Source: the human T2T-CHM13v2.0 reference genome, Homo sapiens. Taken from it: a DNA stretch of 64,000 nucleotides. The stretch lies in assembly GCF_009914755.1 (NCBI RefSeq), contig NC_060947.1; one strand, 5' to 3'. Below are positions 24,960-39,756 of this stretch, in pieces. Numbering within the stretch: position 1 is the first letter of the stretch; the number at the start of each line of letters is the position of its first letter. Below the pieces are notes generated by a model. That model made no database searches, was not told the DNA's origin, and saw only the letters and a list, made by a program, of their open reading frames with translations. Made by a program: the position numbers and the translations under genes.

Positions 24960-27900
24960 CTCTATAAAGACCTTCTGCATTTTTACTAGGCTTCTTTTCA
25001 GGTAATTCTTGGATTTTGATGCTATTGAAAAAGGCATATTGTATATTAAGTGTTCTAGTTACTGATTGCTTTCATCTGGCAAAGATTTTGATTTTGCTAT
25101 TATAATCTGTTGTATACCTCATTCTGAAGGCCCATTCACTTGAATCTTCCACATGCCTACTCCTTTGAATTTTCAAGACTGATCATGTTATCACTAAACA
25201 TTATATATTTTTTCCACTATTCATACTCCTTATTTATGTTGATATTTATAGCTCTGACTTTGTGTCTCAATACTGATTTAAAAGCTGGAGATAATACCTT
25301 ACATCTAATTATTTTTCCTCTCTTTAATAATAAGTCCTCGAACATTTAGCATTTATGTATGTTTGCTGTTGATTTTAGTAAATGGAAATTCTCTTTCAAA
25401 AGAAGTTAACTAAATATGTTTACTTTGAACTCATATTGAATTTCCTTCAAAAGCTTTTCCTATACCCAGTGATATGAGCACTTATCTTTTTCTTCTCCAT
25501 TTTGTATGTAAGGAATTACAATGAAATACGTTTCTTTTTTGTAACAATAAATCATATTTTCTTTCCTTGGGCAGAGCCTGTTTGTTCATTTAATATGCTA
25601 CTAACTTATGTAGGATATGTGGTGTTATGTATGAGAGCTTCCTTGATGTGTTTTTGTCCATGGGTGGGGGTGGTCCTCATCTGGTTTTTGTATCCAAGAG
25701 GGCAAGTCTGGGAGAAGGAATTGAACGATAGTCTATATTTTGTATGCCTTGGAAGAGTTGAGGTAAGATGGTAGTTAGTTTTTCCTGATCATTTTGTTCA
25801 ATCGGCCTCCAAGACTGCCTAGACTGGAACATTTGAGGGTGGCTTGAGCTATGAATATTGTACCATTTCTGTTTGTATAGTTTAAGTTTTCTTTTCCTTT
25901 TTGGACCAATTTGGAAATGTATTTATTTTATTTCTGCAAAGTGTTCAGTTTCACATAGGATTTCACTTTAAACGGTGTGAAATTTGCGATAAAAACTTTT
26001 TCTTAGGGAGCGCCTCAAAAACCTTGAATAATAGAATAACATAATGAAACCAGAACACCTGTCACTCAGCATCAACAACCTTCAATACATGTCATATCTG
26101 GTTCCAGTTTGAGGCTCACCTACTTGTATCTCAGCTGCTGGAATAATGTGGAGCAAATCTAAGACATCATTCCATTTCATCTCTAAATACTTCAATATGT
26201 TTTTCTAAAAGTTAAGAACTTTATGTTAACTAAAATCCCAATACAGTTTTCATTTCTAAAAAAATTAAATAAATGGTTATCAGATGTTTAACTGATTTAC
26301 ACACTTATCTGGCAGACTTACACTTTGTAAAAGTATGTTTATTTGAATGAGAGCCCAAACACGGTATTATACAGTGATTTTTTTTGTCGTTATAACCCTT
26401 AACTCTTTCGTCATCTGTAGGTCCCCTCCACTGGACCTGTTTCCCTGCCATTGTTTTGTTGTTTTTGGAAAGAAACAGATCTTGCGCTCTCTGCAGTTTT
26501 CCATAGTCTGGGTTTTGCTGAATGCAACACTGTGATGTCCTTTATCATATTCTTCAGCCCTTCATTTCTAGGGCTACAAGATGCTCCTGGTTCATCTTGT
26601 TTATGCCCTGCCCCAGTGCTAAACTAAGCTATTTCTCCAGAGGTCTGGTTCGCTTCATTGGGAAATGGTTCTAGGTGGGAATCGACATCTGGGTTCTAGG
26701 TGTGCTCGTTGCTACAGAGTAGTTTTTAGTCATAGGCTTCTCTGCTGAGAACAATGAAATATATGTTTGTATATACCACGTATATACACATCTGTTGAAT
26801 TTATATATGTAAACATTTGCCTATATATTAAATTAAATACAATTTTATACTGAGGTCTTCAACTCTAATCCGTTACCACAAGGATCATTCTAGCTTTCTC
26901 TTCTTGTTTTTCTATAGTCTATCACTCCATCCGTGAGAAACCTGTCTCCCATCATCCACTAACCATTTAGTTAATAGTTTAATACCAGCATGTGCATACA
27001 GCAGATTTGGATTTGGTAACCCATAACGTTGTGCCTCCATAAGAAAAACAAACAAACAAACAAACAAACCTTGTATCAGTTACAGTGCAGTACTTCTGTG
27101 TAGCTCCTTTGGCCTTTAGTCTTACAGACTCCACTAATTTTCAACATTATTAAGACAGTAATAACGACCTCATAATTCCCCCCACTTGCTTCACTGAGGT
27201 AATTTCATACATTTATAATACATCTAGGTTTATGTGTGTGTGTGCGTGCGCACACGTGCAACATTCTGCATTCTGTCCTATGATTTTTCCAACCTCTTAT
27301 TTTTAAAATTTGCACACTTTAAGCTTCACTTTTTGTGCTGTAAGCATCTGTGGGTTTTGAAAAATGTCTGCTGCCCTTGTCTTGGTCCATTCGGGCTGCC
27401 CGAACAAAAATACCATAGACTGGGTGGCATATAAATGACAGAATTTTATTTCTCATGCTTCTGGTGGCTGGGAAGTCCAAGATCAGGTTCAACATTTGCT
27501 GACAAATTTTGTGTCTGGCAGGAACCTGCTTCCCAGTTCATAGACAGCTCTCTTTCCCATGTCCTCACATGGAAGACGGGGCAAGGGATCTCTGTGGGAT
27601 CTGTTTAATAAAGACACTAATGCTATTCATGACGGCTCTGCTGTCATGATTTAATCAGCCCCCAAATGACCCACCTCATACCTAATACCATCACCTTGGT
27701 GTTAGGATTTCAACATATGAATTTTCTGGAAAGACAAACATTGAGACCCAGACAACGTTGTATCCACCATTGCAGTATCATGCATAGTAGTTTCACTGCA
27801 CTAATAAGTAGCCTGTGCTCCTCTTATAGCCCCCTTGGCTCCCACTGATAGGTTTATGATATCTATAATTTTGCCTTTTCCAGAATGTCATATAAGTGAA

Positions 27901-29100
27901 ATCTTACCCTATCTAGGCTTTTCAGACTGTATTCTTTCATACAGCAATATGAGCATAAGACTCACCCATGTCTTTGTGTGGCTTGTAACATATCCTTTTA
28001 TTGACTAATGGTAGCTCATTTTATGGTTGTGCCATGTTTTGTTATCCATTCACCTAATGCAATATATCTTGGATGCCTCTATTTTTATAAAATAGTGATT
28101 ATAAAATAAGTTATTGTATACATTCATATACAAGTTTTTATGTAGAAATAAATTTTAAAATCAGCTAGATAAAATGCCTAGGAGTATGATTGCTGAATCT
28201 TATGGTAAGACTATGTTTAGTTTTTTAAAGAAAATGTCAGATTAACTTCCAAAGTCGTTTTGCATTTCTACCAGTAATGAATGAAAGTTTCTGTTGTTCC
28301 ACGTTTTCACTAGCAATTGGTCTTGTATTTTTTTGGTGGGGGGAGGGATTTCAGACATTCTAGAAGGTATGTAGTGGTGTCTCATTTTAGCACACAATTC
28401 TCTAATGACAAAGGACTTTCAGCACCTTCAATATGTTTACTTGTCATCTGTATATCTTCTTTGGTGAAACATCTGTTCAGATCTTTTGACTGTTTTCAGT
28501 TATTTTTCTGTTGTTGAGTTTTAAGAATCCGTGTATATTATAGATACATGTTGTTTATCAGAAATGTGTACTACAGATGTTTTCTCTTAGTCCGCAGCTT
28601 TTGTTTTCATTCTGTTTACAGTGTCTTTTGAAGAGCATAAGACTTTTATTTTAATACACTCCAATTTGGCAATTTTTTCTTTCATTGATCATGATTTTGG
28701 TGTTGAATTTAAAAACACATCACCAAACTTAAGCTTACGTAGATATTCTCTTATGTTTTCTTAGAGAAGTTGTATAGTTTTTGCATTTGCATTATCTCTA
28801 TGATGTATCTTTGGTTAATTTTCGTGAAATACCTAAGGATTTGTTTATAATTATAATTATCATTATTATTATTACAATTATGCAATTATTACATTATTAT
28901 TATTACAATTATAATTAACATTATTATTGTTTTTGTATAGATGTCCAATTATTATTGTTTTTGTATAGATGTCCAATTATTCAAGCTCCATTTGTTAGAA
29001 AAAATATACATTCACCATTATTGCCTTTGTTGTAAATCACCTGACTATATATATGTAGGTCTATTTCCTAGCTCTATTCTGATCTATGTGTCTATTCTTT
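24960..29100 (-). mobile_element. Patchwork of old L1 fragments with an MLT1 LTR (~27377-27750)
   Basis: L1M 3'-type T-rich sequence; MLT1 motif aaataccatagactgggtggc...ggaagtccaagatc. Confidence 0.6.
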
Positions 29101-29109
29101 GTTAATGCT

Positions 29110-29515
29110 TATGTCCTCCACCACATTCATATTTTGAAGCCCGTTTTCAAGGGTGTCCATATTTGGAGATGAGGCCTCTAAGGATTTAATTAATGTTAAA
29201 GGATATCACAAGGGTGGCACCTTGATCTCATAGAATTAGTGAGCTTATAAGAAGGGACACAAGAAAGCATTCTTGTGCCTACATGAGCACTCCCCACCCC
29301 CTCTCCATGCACATGCACAGAGGAAAGGCCAATGAAGGACATAATGAACAAAGGGCATCTACAAGCCAGGAATAAGCCCATCACCAGTAAATGACAATAC
29401 CAGTCCTTGACCTGGGATTTCTAGCCTCCACAACTGTTAAAAAAATAAATCTCTGTTGTTTCATCTACTGACTCCATGGCATTTTGTTACGGCAGCCAAA
29501 GCTGACTAAGACATA
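29110..29515 (+). mobile_element. MLT1 (MaLR) solo LTR
   Basis: ctagcctccacaactgt..ataaatctctgttgtt..ggcagcc..gctgactaagaca LTR end. Confidence 0.75.
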
Positions 29516-29879
29516 GCCCCAGATAACAGAATACTTCTTCTGTTTTCTCCTAGAAATAAAATGATGCTGACGTTTAGGTCTATGGTTCATTTTGAGTTAC
29601 ATTTTTTTATTGTGTATATCTTTTTTTAAATTTTACTTTAAGTTCTGGGATAAATGTGTTGAACTTGCAGGTTTGTTACGAAGATATACATGTGCCATGG
29701 TGATTTGCTCCACCTATCAACCTGTTATCTAGATTTTAAGCTCTGCATACATTAGGTATTTTTCTGAATGTTCCCCCTCCCCTATCCCCCCACCCCGCAA
29801 CAGGCTCTGGTGTGTGATGTTCCCCTCCCTGTGTCCATGTGTTCTCCTTGAGTTACATTTTTATATGGTGCAAGATATG

Positions 29880-30230
29880 TTTGGTGGTTAGCTTTATGTG
29901 TCAACTTGTCTAGGCTATAGTACTCAGTTGTGTGGTCAAACACTAGTCTAGATGTTTCTGTGAAGGTATTTTGTAGATATGATCAACATCTGCAATTGGT
30001 TGAATTTAAGTAAAGCAGTTTACCCTCCATAATGTTGGTGGGCCTCATCCAACTAGTTGAATGTCTCAAGAGAAAAAAACAAGTATTCCTGGAAAAGGTA
30101 TTCTAACACAAGACTGTAATATAAAAATGCTGTGTGAATTTCTAGCCTGCTGGTGCACTTTACAGATTTTTAATGTACTAGACCTCATAATCCCGTGAGA
30201 TAATTCCGTATATATCTTTCTGTTTTCTGT
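29880..30230 (+). mobile_element. MLT2-type (ERVL) LTR containing the homologue of the CSAG2/3 N-terminal coding segment (30032-30165)
   Basis: tatgtgtcaacttgtctaggct..gggcctcatccaactagttga LTR motifs; translates MLVGLIQLVECLKRKKQVFLEKVF*HKT..NIKMLCEFLACW. Confidence 0.8.
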
Positions 30231-30299
30231 CTCTCCCTTTTTAGCTAGATAGATAAATAGATAGAGTATGCATTGAAATTCGGGTTTGCATATAGATAT

Positions 30300-32628
30300 T
30301 GTATTAGTCTGTTCTCACACTGCTATGAAGAAATATCCAAGACTGGGTAATTTAAAAGAAAACAGGCTTAATAGACTCACAGTTCCACATTGCTGGGGAG
30401 GCCTCAGGAAACTTACAATCATGGCAGAAGGCAAAGGAGAAGCAGGCACCTTCTTCACAGGGCAGCAGGATGGAGAGAGTGCAAGCAGGGGAAATGTCAG
30501 ATGCATATAAAACCATCAGATCTTGTGACACTCACCCATTATCGTGAGAACAACATGGAGCAAACTGTCCCTGTGATCCAATTACCTCCACCTGGTCCTG
30601 CCCTTGACCTGTGTGGATTATGGGGATTGCAATTCAAGAGGAGATTTGGGTGGGGACACACAGCCAAACTGTATCATTCTGCCACTGTTCACTTCCAAAT
30701 CTCACGTTGTCACATTTCAAAACACAATCTTGCCTTTCCAACAGCCCCACAAAGTATTAACTCATTCTCAAATTAACCCAAAAGTCCAAATCCAAAGTCT
30801 CATCTAAGACAAGGCAAGTCCCTTCTGCCTATGAGCCAGTAAAATCAAAAGCAAATTAGTTACTTCCTAGATACAATGGGGGTACCAACATTACATAAAT
30901 ACACCCATCCCAAATGGGAGAACTGGGCCAAAACAAAGGGGCTACAGGCCCCATGCAAGTCTGAAATCCAACAGGGCAGTCATTAAACCTTAAAGTTCCA
31001 AAATGATCTCCTTTGACTCCATGTCTCACATCCAGGTCACACTGATACAAGAGGTGGGCTCTCATGGCCTCGGCAGCTCCACTCCTTTTGCTTTGCAGGG
31101 TACAGTCCCCCTCCCAGTTGCCTTTATGTGCTAGCATTGAGTGTCTGCAGCTTTTCCAGGCACACAGCAAAAGCTGTCGGTGGATCGACCATTCTGGGAT
31201 CTGGAGGACAGTGGCCCTCTTCTCACAGCTCCATTGGGCAATGCCCCAGTGGGGACTCTGTTTTCCTTCTGTACTGCCCTAGCAGAGGTTCTCCCTAAGG
31301 GCTCCACCCCTGCAGCAAACATCTGCTTGGACTTCCAGACATTTCCATACATCCTCTGAAATCTAGGCAGAAGTTCCCAAAACTCAATTCTTGACTTCTG
31401 TGCACTGGCAGGACCAGCACCACATGTAAGCCACCAAGGCTTGGGGCTTGCACCCTATGAAACAATGGCCTCAGCTGTACATTGGCCGCTTTTAGCCATG
31501 GCTGGGACACAGGGCACCAAGTACTGAGATTGCACAAAGCAGCAAGACCCTCAGCCTGGCCCAAGAAACCACTTTTTGCTCCTAGGCCTCTGGGCCTGTG
31601 ACAGGAGGACCTGACATACCCTTGAGACATTTTCCCCATTGTCTTGGTGATTAACATTTGGCTCCTAGTTACTTATACAAATTTCTTCAGCCAGCTTGAA
31701 TTTCTTCTCAGAAAACGAGATTTTTCTATTCTGTCACATCATTGGGCTGCAAATTTCCTAAACGTTTAAGCTCCACTTTCCTTTTAAACAAAAGTTCCAA
31801 TTTCAAACCGTCTCTGTGGATGCATAAAACTGAATGCTTTCGTAGTTATCCAGGCCTCTCGAATGCTCTGCTGCTTAGAAATTTCTTCCACCAAAAACCC
31901 TAAATCATCTCTCTCAAGTTCAAAGTTCCACAGATCTCTAGGGCAGGGGCAAAATGTTGCCAGTCTCTTTGCTAAAGCATAGCAAGAGTCACCTTTATTT
32001 CAATTCACAACAGGTTCCTCATTTCCATCTGAGACCACCTCAGCCTGGACTTCATTGTCCATATCACTATCAACATTTTGGTCAAAGCCATTCAACAATC
32101 TCTAAGAAGATTCAAACTTTTCCATATTTTCCTGTCTTCTTCTGAGCCCTCCAAAGTGTTCCAATATCTGCCCATTACCCAGTTCCAAAGGCGTTTCCAC
32201 ATTCTCAGGTATCTTATAACAATGCCCCACACTACCTCAGTACCAATTTAGTGTATTAGTCCATTCTCACACTTGGGTATGAAGAAATACCTAAGACTGG
32301 GTAATTTATAAAGGAAAGAGGTTTAATTGACTGATAGTTCCCACATTACTGGGGAGGCCTCAGGAAACTTACAATCATGGAGGAAGTCAAAGGAGAAGCC
32401 GGCAGCTTTACAGGGTGGCAGGATGGAGTGAGTGCAAGCAAGGGAAATGCCAGATGCTTATAAAACCATCAGATCTCGTGAAACTCACTCACTGTCATGA
32501 GAACAGCCCTGGGGAAACTGCCCTCATGATCCAATTACCTTCAGCTTGTCCTGCCCTTGACATACAGAGATTATGGGAATTATAATTCCAGGTGAGATTT
32601 GGGTGGGGACACAGAGCCAAACCATATG
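30300..32628 (-). mobile_element. Full THE1/MST-type MaLR provirus (LTR 30300-30680, internal, LTR 32252-32628)
   Basis: Two similar LTRs (tgtattagtc..ctcacac..ggggacacagagccaaaccatat) flanking ~1.6 kb of THE1-int-like sequence. Confidence 0.9.
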
Positions 32629-32864
32629 AGCTATCCAATTGTTCCAGACCCAATTGTTGAATACACTGCCATTTCTCTCCTCTCACCTTCATTTGCATCT
32701 TTATTAATAATTAGTTGTCTATATATGCATATACATGTGTATATACTATTGGGCTTTATTCCCTTCCATTGATATATTCTTATAATAATGATAATTCCGA
32801 CTACACTGATCATTGTTAGTTTATAAGCCTTGAAATGAAGTAGGGTAACCCCACCACATTTGTT

Positions 32865-34050
<1,186 letters not shown>

Positions 34051-34908
34051 TTAATGTTTTCTTTGGCTATTCTAGGACCTTTACATTTCTATATCAATGT
34101 TAGTGCTAGCCTCCCAATTTCTATTTTAAAAAATCTGGAATTTGGATTTTGATTGCATTGAATCTATCAAAAAAGTTGAGGAAAAATAAATGACATCTTA
34201 ATATTCAGTTTTCTGACTCATGAATAAAGTTTGTATCTCTATTTACATATATCCTCATTGAATTTATCTTTGTAATGCTTTATAGTTTTCAATGGACAGA
34301 TCTTCTACATCTTCTGTCATATTTATCCCTTTCAATTTATATTTTCTAATGTTAATTTAAATTGTACTATGTTTGTCTCAATTGCCAATTGTTTATTGCT
34401 ATTATTAAAATACAAGTATAATGGTCTTAAATCCACCAACATTGCTAAAGTTGTATTCATTCTAGAAGCATTTTTACATTGATAGGATTGTCTGCATATA
34501 CTCTTATATTATGTAAATGAGGAGGTTTTTTTTGTATTTGTTCCTTTCCAATTGTAAGGTCTTTTGAAAAAACTTTGTTACACTGGAGAGAACCTCAGGC
34601 ACAGTGATGAACTATCCTACACAATCCCACCCTGCTCCATGAACTCATCAGTGTTAGGTTGTAGTTTCCTACATGTAAACATCCTGCGTGATTTCTGGCA
34701 TGAGAAAATCTGCCTCATCCTCCCTACACTGCTAAAATCCAAGCCCCGGTACTACACCTACTGAGTATGGGTACTACACCTACTGAGAGGGTCATGACCT
34801 CACAGTTGATGGAATACTCATGTGATATCCAGTGGAGCAAATGTATTCACTGAAATTTGACAGCTTGAAAGCAGTGATTTCAGACAGGGGAAAACTGAAA
34901 CCCCAGGA

Positions 34909-36029
34909 TATCAGGGGAAATTCAGCCAGATGTCGGGCGAAATTCAGCCAGATATCAGGCAAAAATTTTCTGTTTTCTGTTTTCCCTAAGTGTCAGCCAG
35001 TCTGAGAAATGAAGGGACAGAGTCCAAAGAGAGAAATTTTAAAGTTGGGTGTCCGGGGGAGACATCACATGTCAGCAGGTTCCGTGATGCCCCACAAGCT
35101 GCAAAACCAGCAAGTTTTTATTAGTGATTTTCAAAAGGGGAGGGAGTACCAATAGGGTGTGGGTCACAGAGATCACGTGCTTCACAAGGTAATAGAATAT
35201 CACAAGGCAAATGGAGGCAGGGTGAGATCACAGGACCACAGGACCACAGGACCCGGGCGAAATTAAAATTGCTAATGAAGTTTTGGGCATGCATTATGGT
35301 TGATAACATCTTATCAGGAGACAGGATTTGAGAGCAGACAACTGGTCTGACCAAAATTGATTAGGCGGGAATTTCTTCATCCTAATAAGCCTGGGAGCAC
35401 TATGGGAGACTGGGGCTTATTTCATCCCTACAGTTTCCACCATAAAAGATGGCTGCTCCCCGAAGTGGCCATTTCAGAGGCCTACCCTCAGGGATGCACT
35501 CTGTTTCTCAGGGATGTTCCTTGCTGAGAAAAAGAATTCAGCGATATTTCTCCCATTTGCTTTTGAAAGAAGAGAAATATGGCTCTGTTCCGCCCGGCTC
35601 ACCAGCGGTCTGAGTTAAAGGTTATCTCTCTTGTTCCCTGAACATTGCTGTTATCCTGTTCTTTTCTCAAGGTGCCCAGATTTCATATTGTTCAAACACA
35701 CTTGCTCTACAAACAATTTGTGCAGTTAACGCAATCATCACAGGGTCCTGAGGCGACATACATCCTCCTCAGTTTAGGAAGGTGATGGGATTAAGAGATT
35801 AAAGTAAAGACAGGCATAGGAAATCACAGGGGTATTGATTGGGGAAGTGATAAGTGTCCATGAAGTCTTCACAATTTATGTTCAGAGACTGCAGTAAAGA
35901 CAGGCATAAGAAATTATAAAAGTATTAATTTGGGGAACTAATAAATGTCCATGAAATCTTCACAATCCACGTTCTTCTGCCATGGCTTCAACTGGTCCCT
36001 CCGTTCAGGGTCCCTGACTTCCTGCAACA
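34909..36029 (-). mobile_element. MER11-type (ERVK) solo LTR
   Basis: Ends ...cctgacttcctgcaaca; exact 6-bp TSD CCAGGA at 34903 and 36030. Confidence 0.88.
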
Positions 36030-36556
36030 CCAGGAGACTTCTGAGGACACTGGGAACAGGAAGTAGGGTAGAAAAATTCCTGGATAGTAGCCGACTGAGT
36101 GGGCTTCAAGATGCATAAGAGAAATTTTTAGGGGGGAAGTAGGATGATTCACACCTCCATATAAACTTAATTACAGCCAGATTACCTTGCAGAGCTTTCT
36201 GGTAAGGTGTGGGAAAACTAGATAATGGTGGGTGGTGGGAGAAAACAGAAGGAAGCACTGAAATAGGGTGACTCTGGGGAAAGGCTTGGAGGAAATACAC
36301 TCTCTTCTGCTATGTGACCCCCCCAAAGCTGAACATTGGAGGAAAGGAGCAGCACTAATCAGTTTGGGAAGGCTCTTTAGGCATGCCAAACAAATGTCCC
36401 CCATTCTTCAACCAGAGCATACTGGCTTCCTCGTCAGATCACCCTCCCCACTCTCCTTCTCTCCTCCCACCATGACAATGCTCTGATGATGGTTTCTGCT
36501 ATCTAAGGCCCTCACACCCCAGCAGAGCCACTATTGGCTGGGTAGTGGTTTGCTGA

Positions 36557-36610
36557 CCAATCAAAGCTCAGTGGTGTGGCCCCGCCCTGTCCTGGAAGGG
36601 TATATATAGG
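36557..36610 (+). promoter_or_regulatory. CCAAT / GC-box / TATA core promoter of the CSAG-like gene
   Basis: CCAAT at 36557, CCCCGCCC at 36580 and TATATATAG at 36601, in canonical order. Confidence 0.65.
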
Positions 36611-36624
36611 GAAGCCAGGAGGCC

Positions 36625-37335
36625 TGGAGTAGACCACTGAGAGACCCCGAGGTGGTGAAGATAACCAGGAAACCAAGCAATCAGACCAGTTGTAGAACCC
36701 CCACCCACCAACACCAAAGAGTCAAGGAAGACAAAGGCCCCCTCTTAACCCAGGCCCAGAAGCCCTATCAAGGTGAGTGACACACCCAAGCTCCTCCTTG
36801 TCTTCCCCTTGACTCCTCCCTCCCAAGACTCCTACCCTGTCCTTGCCTGGCACAACCGCCCAACCCAGCCTGTAACCTTCACATGAAACCCCTGGTCCCA
36901 CTCATCCTCTATCCCCTTCCCCAAAACCAGTGCCTTTCTGTGATCTCTCTGCTGTCCTTCTGGGTCCCAAGACAATCTGAAAGGGAAAAGGAAGACTTCG
37001 AGGGAGTTCCAGGGAAAAAGCTTCTCCAGAATGATCACCACTTCAAGAAAAGCTGAGCATGAGAGAGGGCCAATGCAATCCAGACACTGTGACCAGCTGA
37101 ATGAGAAACTCAATCAAAATGAGCCACAGCAACACCAAAAGAGCCAGGAGACCTCCACCACCTGAAGCTTCTCCCTGGGCAGCCATTAATTTCAGGGCAA
37201 GGCCAGAGACCTCAGATCTATTTGAGAAGTCTCCAGAGATCTGGCCCCAGATAAATAGTCAATGGGGTCTAGAGTACATTTTAGATCCCACAGGGTATGC
37301 CCCATGGTGATGAAAATAAAATGAACTTGTTGTAA
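36625..37335 (+). pseudogene. CSAG/TRAG-3-like two-exon pseudogene
   Basis: WSRPLRDPEVVKITRKP..(frameshift, TAG 36693)..HPPTPKSQGRQRPPLNPGPEALS|gtgagt (36772), then PRQSEREKEDFEGVPGKK. Compare recalled CSAG2/3 WSRLLRDAGLVKMSRKP..HPPTPKRRGSGRHPLNPGPEALSKFPRQPGREKGPIKEVPGTK. AATAAA at 37315-37320. Confidence 0.85.
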
Positions 37336-37609
37336 AATGATGTGTGGGTCTGCTCCTTCTCGGATGGTGGGAAGAGAGGAAGGAGGGAAGACGTGGTGTG
37401 TGGGAAGGGAGGAAGGTGGGTGTTGCGGGGTTGGGGTCAGATGGACAAGTCCTCAGTTAACCAGACATGGAGGATGAGGATTAGGTCAGGATTGAGCACT
37501 GGAGACAAATTTCCCCTTAACAGGATGACTTGGCTTCTTGTAAGGTTTCCGCCTTTATGGGATCTTGATGGTGCTTAAATCAAGTACCAAGAACTGGATT
37601 CTACCTACT

Positions 37610-38204
37610 TGTGATGGATAATATTAAGTGTCAACTTGATTGGATTGAAGGATGCAAAGTGTGGTTTCTAGATGTGTCTGCGAGGGTGTTGCTAGAGGAG
37701 ATTAACATTTGAGCCAGTGGACTGTGAGAGGCAGACCAACCCTTAATCTGGGTGGGCACCATCCCCTTGCCTGCCAACACAGCTAGACAAAAGCAGGCAG
37801 AAGAAGGTGGAATGAGCAGACTTGCTGCGTCTTCTGGCCTTCATCTTTCCCCATGCTGGATGCTTCCTGCTCTCCAACATTAGACTCCAACTGCTTTGGC
37901 TTTTGGACTCTTGGTCTTATGCTAGTGGTTTTCCTGGGGCTCTCGGGCCTTCCACCACAGACTGAAGGCTGCACTGTTGGCTTCCCTACTTTTGAGGTTT
38001 TGAGGTTTTGGGACTTGGACTGATCCACTACTGGCTTCCTTGCTCCTCAACTTGCAGACAGCTTATGGTGGGACTTTATGTTGTCATCCTGTGAGTCAAT
38101 TATCCTTAATAAATTCCCTTTCTCATATATATATATATATATATAAAATATCTATACATTCATATATATACATATATCTATGAAATCTATAGATATATGA
38201 AATG

Positions 38205-38237
<33 letters not shown>

Positions 38238-38277
38238 TTATCTTACTAGTTCTGTCCCTCTAGAGAACTCTAATACA
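37610..38277 (+). mobile_element. MLT2A LTR with (TA)n/(CA)n
   Basis: tgtgatgg..tgtcaacttgattggattgaaggatgc ... ctagagaactctaataca. Confidence 0.88.
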
Positions 38278-38554
38278 CTACTTATGTTTCACTGTCACAA
38301 AACCTTTTGGTTCATATAAACTGGTGGAAGAATCCTTTGCATCATCCTTCCTTACAGAGTCCCCTCCCTACAATCTAATATAATTAAGAAAAAAATTCAA
38401 AGTTGATACAAATCTATTCAAAGTAAAGCCAAAACTATCTACTTAAAAACTGCTTTATTTTTGCAACTGAGAAGACTGGATGTACATTTCCCATTTCCAT
38501 ACATTAGAAACACATAGGTCTTTTCTACTATGCATATATATGTATATATGTGTG

Positions 38555-38595
<41 letters not shown>

Positions 38596-39271
38596 CTGTG
38601 TGTGTTTTGTGTACCATCATTTGTATTGGAAGGTAAGGTGTTATTGTTGAAGCGTGCTTCACAGGCAAACAGAGAAAGGAAACTATCATTTTAAGAAGAA
38701 TAAAGTACAAAATTTTCACAATTCAGTTTCCAGTTTTCAGTAAGTATTATGACAGAGAAATTCATACCTTTTAGCTTCATAATGAATAACATTTTTTACC
38801 TTTATGTGATTATGGAAATGTGAATTTCCATACAATAAGGGTTTGTGATGGAAAGCACTGATTCTATAAGCATTTTCCACTTGTTACATAGATTGTTATT
38901 ATAGCTTTAAAGGTGTTAAGATTAATGGTGGCTTTGAAGAAATGGGAGCATCATTTGAGAAACTATAAATGAGTTCTGTTGCATCCCTTTCCTAGGTGAC
39001 GTCAGGGCTCCACTTCATTAGCTAAGGAAGGCATTTCAGGGCTTTGCATGTGTACGTTGTAGCTGCCTCCTATGAAATCCTGAAAAATCTGGGACACTGT
39101 ACAACAGACACAGGGCATTGTCCCACATCCTGAACTCCAACAATGTATTCTAGTATCTTCTATGTCTTTTGTAGTTCTTATATGGATCTACCATCGAAGA
39201 ATGAGCATGCTGGATGTAAATCAAAGCCTCTTGATTTGCAAATGCTCCATCAACCCTGAACAATAATATTT

Positions 39272-39363
39272 GCATTTATGGGTGGGAAGCTGGTCAGAAG
39301 GAAAACATCCTGCTGTCTTTTTAGGAAATCACGTTGGACATGGTCGTATAGCTCTTTCCAAAG
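39272..39363 (+). pseudogene. CHPT1 (cholinephosphotransferase)-like exon remnant, CDP-alcohol phosphotransferase motif region
   Basis: MGGKLVRRKTSCCL-(frameshift)-LGNHVGHGRIALSK vs recalled CHPT1 [28 protein letters not shown]; donor GT lost. Confidence 0.72.
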
Positions 39364-39628
39364 AGAAATTCGTTTTTTCCATAATAGATTAAAAACCGAA
39401 ATAAACCATGTCTTGTCAGTGGTCACTTTTTGGATCAGTGTACATCATTGCACTGAGCAATTTTGCACAGTGTGTTTCAAAATTACATTCAAGAACTGAT
39501 TTGCTTACTGGCACCTTATTTTGATGCCATGACATTTCCATTAAAATCTCTATGTCAAATCAGTCTATGATAACTCTTTTGGCATTCAAAAAAATTATCC
39601 ATGGCTCTTAAACCATGTTTCTTTCATC

Positions 39629-39756
39629 ATTTTACGGCCGTTGGAGCTTCAACTACTATTTGCTTGGGAACCCATCTTAACTAGCTCTTGCATTCGGGCT
39701 TCCTGTTTTATTGTGATGATTGGCAGACCCATTTCAGGCATGTTCAGCTTTGGAAA
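39629..39756 (+). pseudogene. CHPT1-like next exon remnant
   Basis: FTAVGASTTICLGTHLN*...FLFYCDDWQTH-(frameshift)-SGMFSFGK vs CHPT1 FMAVGASIAARLGTYPDW...[20 protein letters not shown]; TAG at 39682-39684; both splice sites lost. Confidence 0.85.

Noticed and set aside
37101-37310. 69-aa ORF in CSAG-like exon 2
   Set aside because: Lies in the 3'UTR-homologous part, not in the CSAG frame; no evidence of coding.
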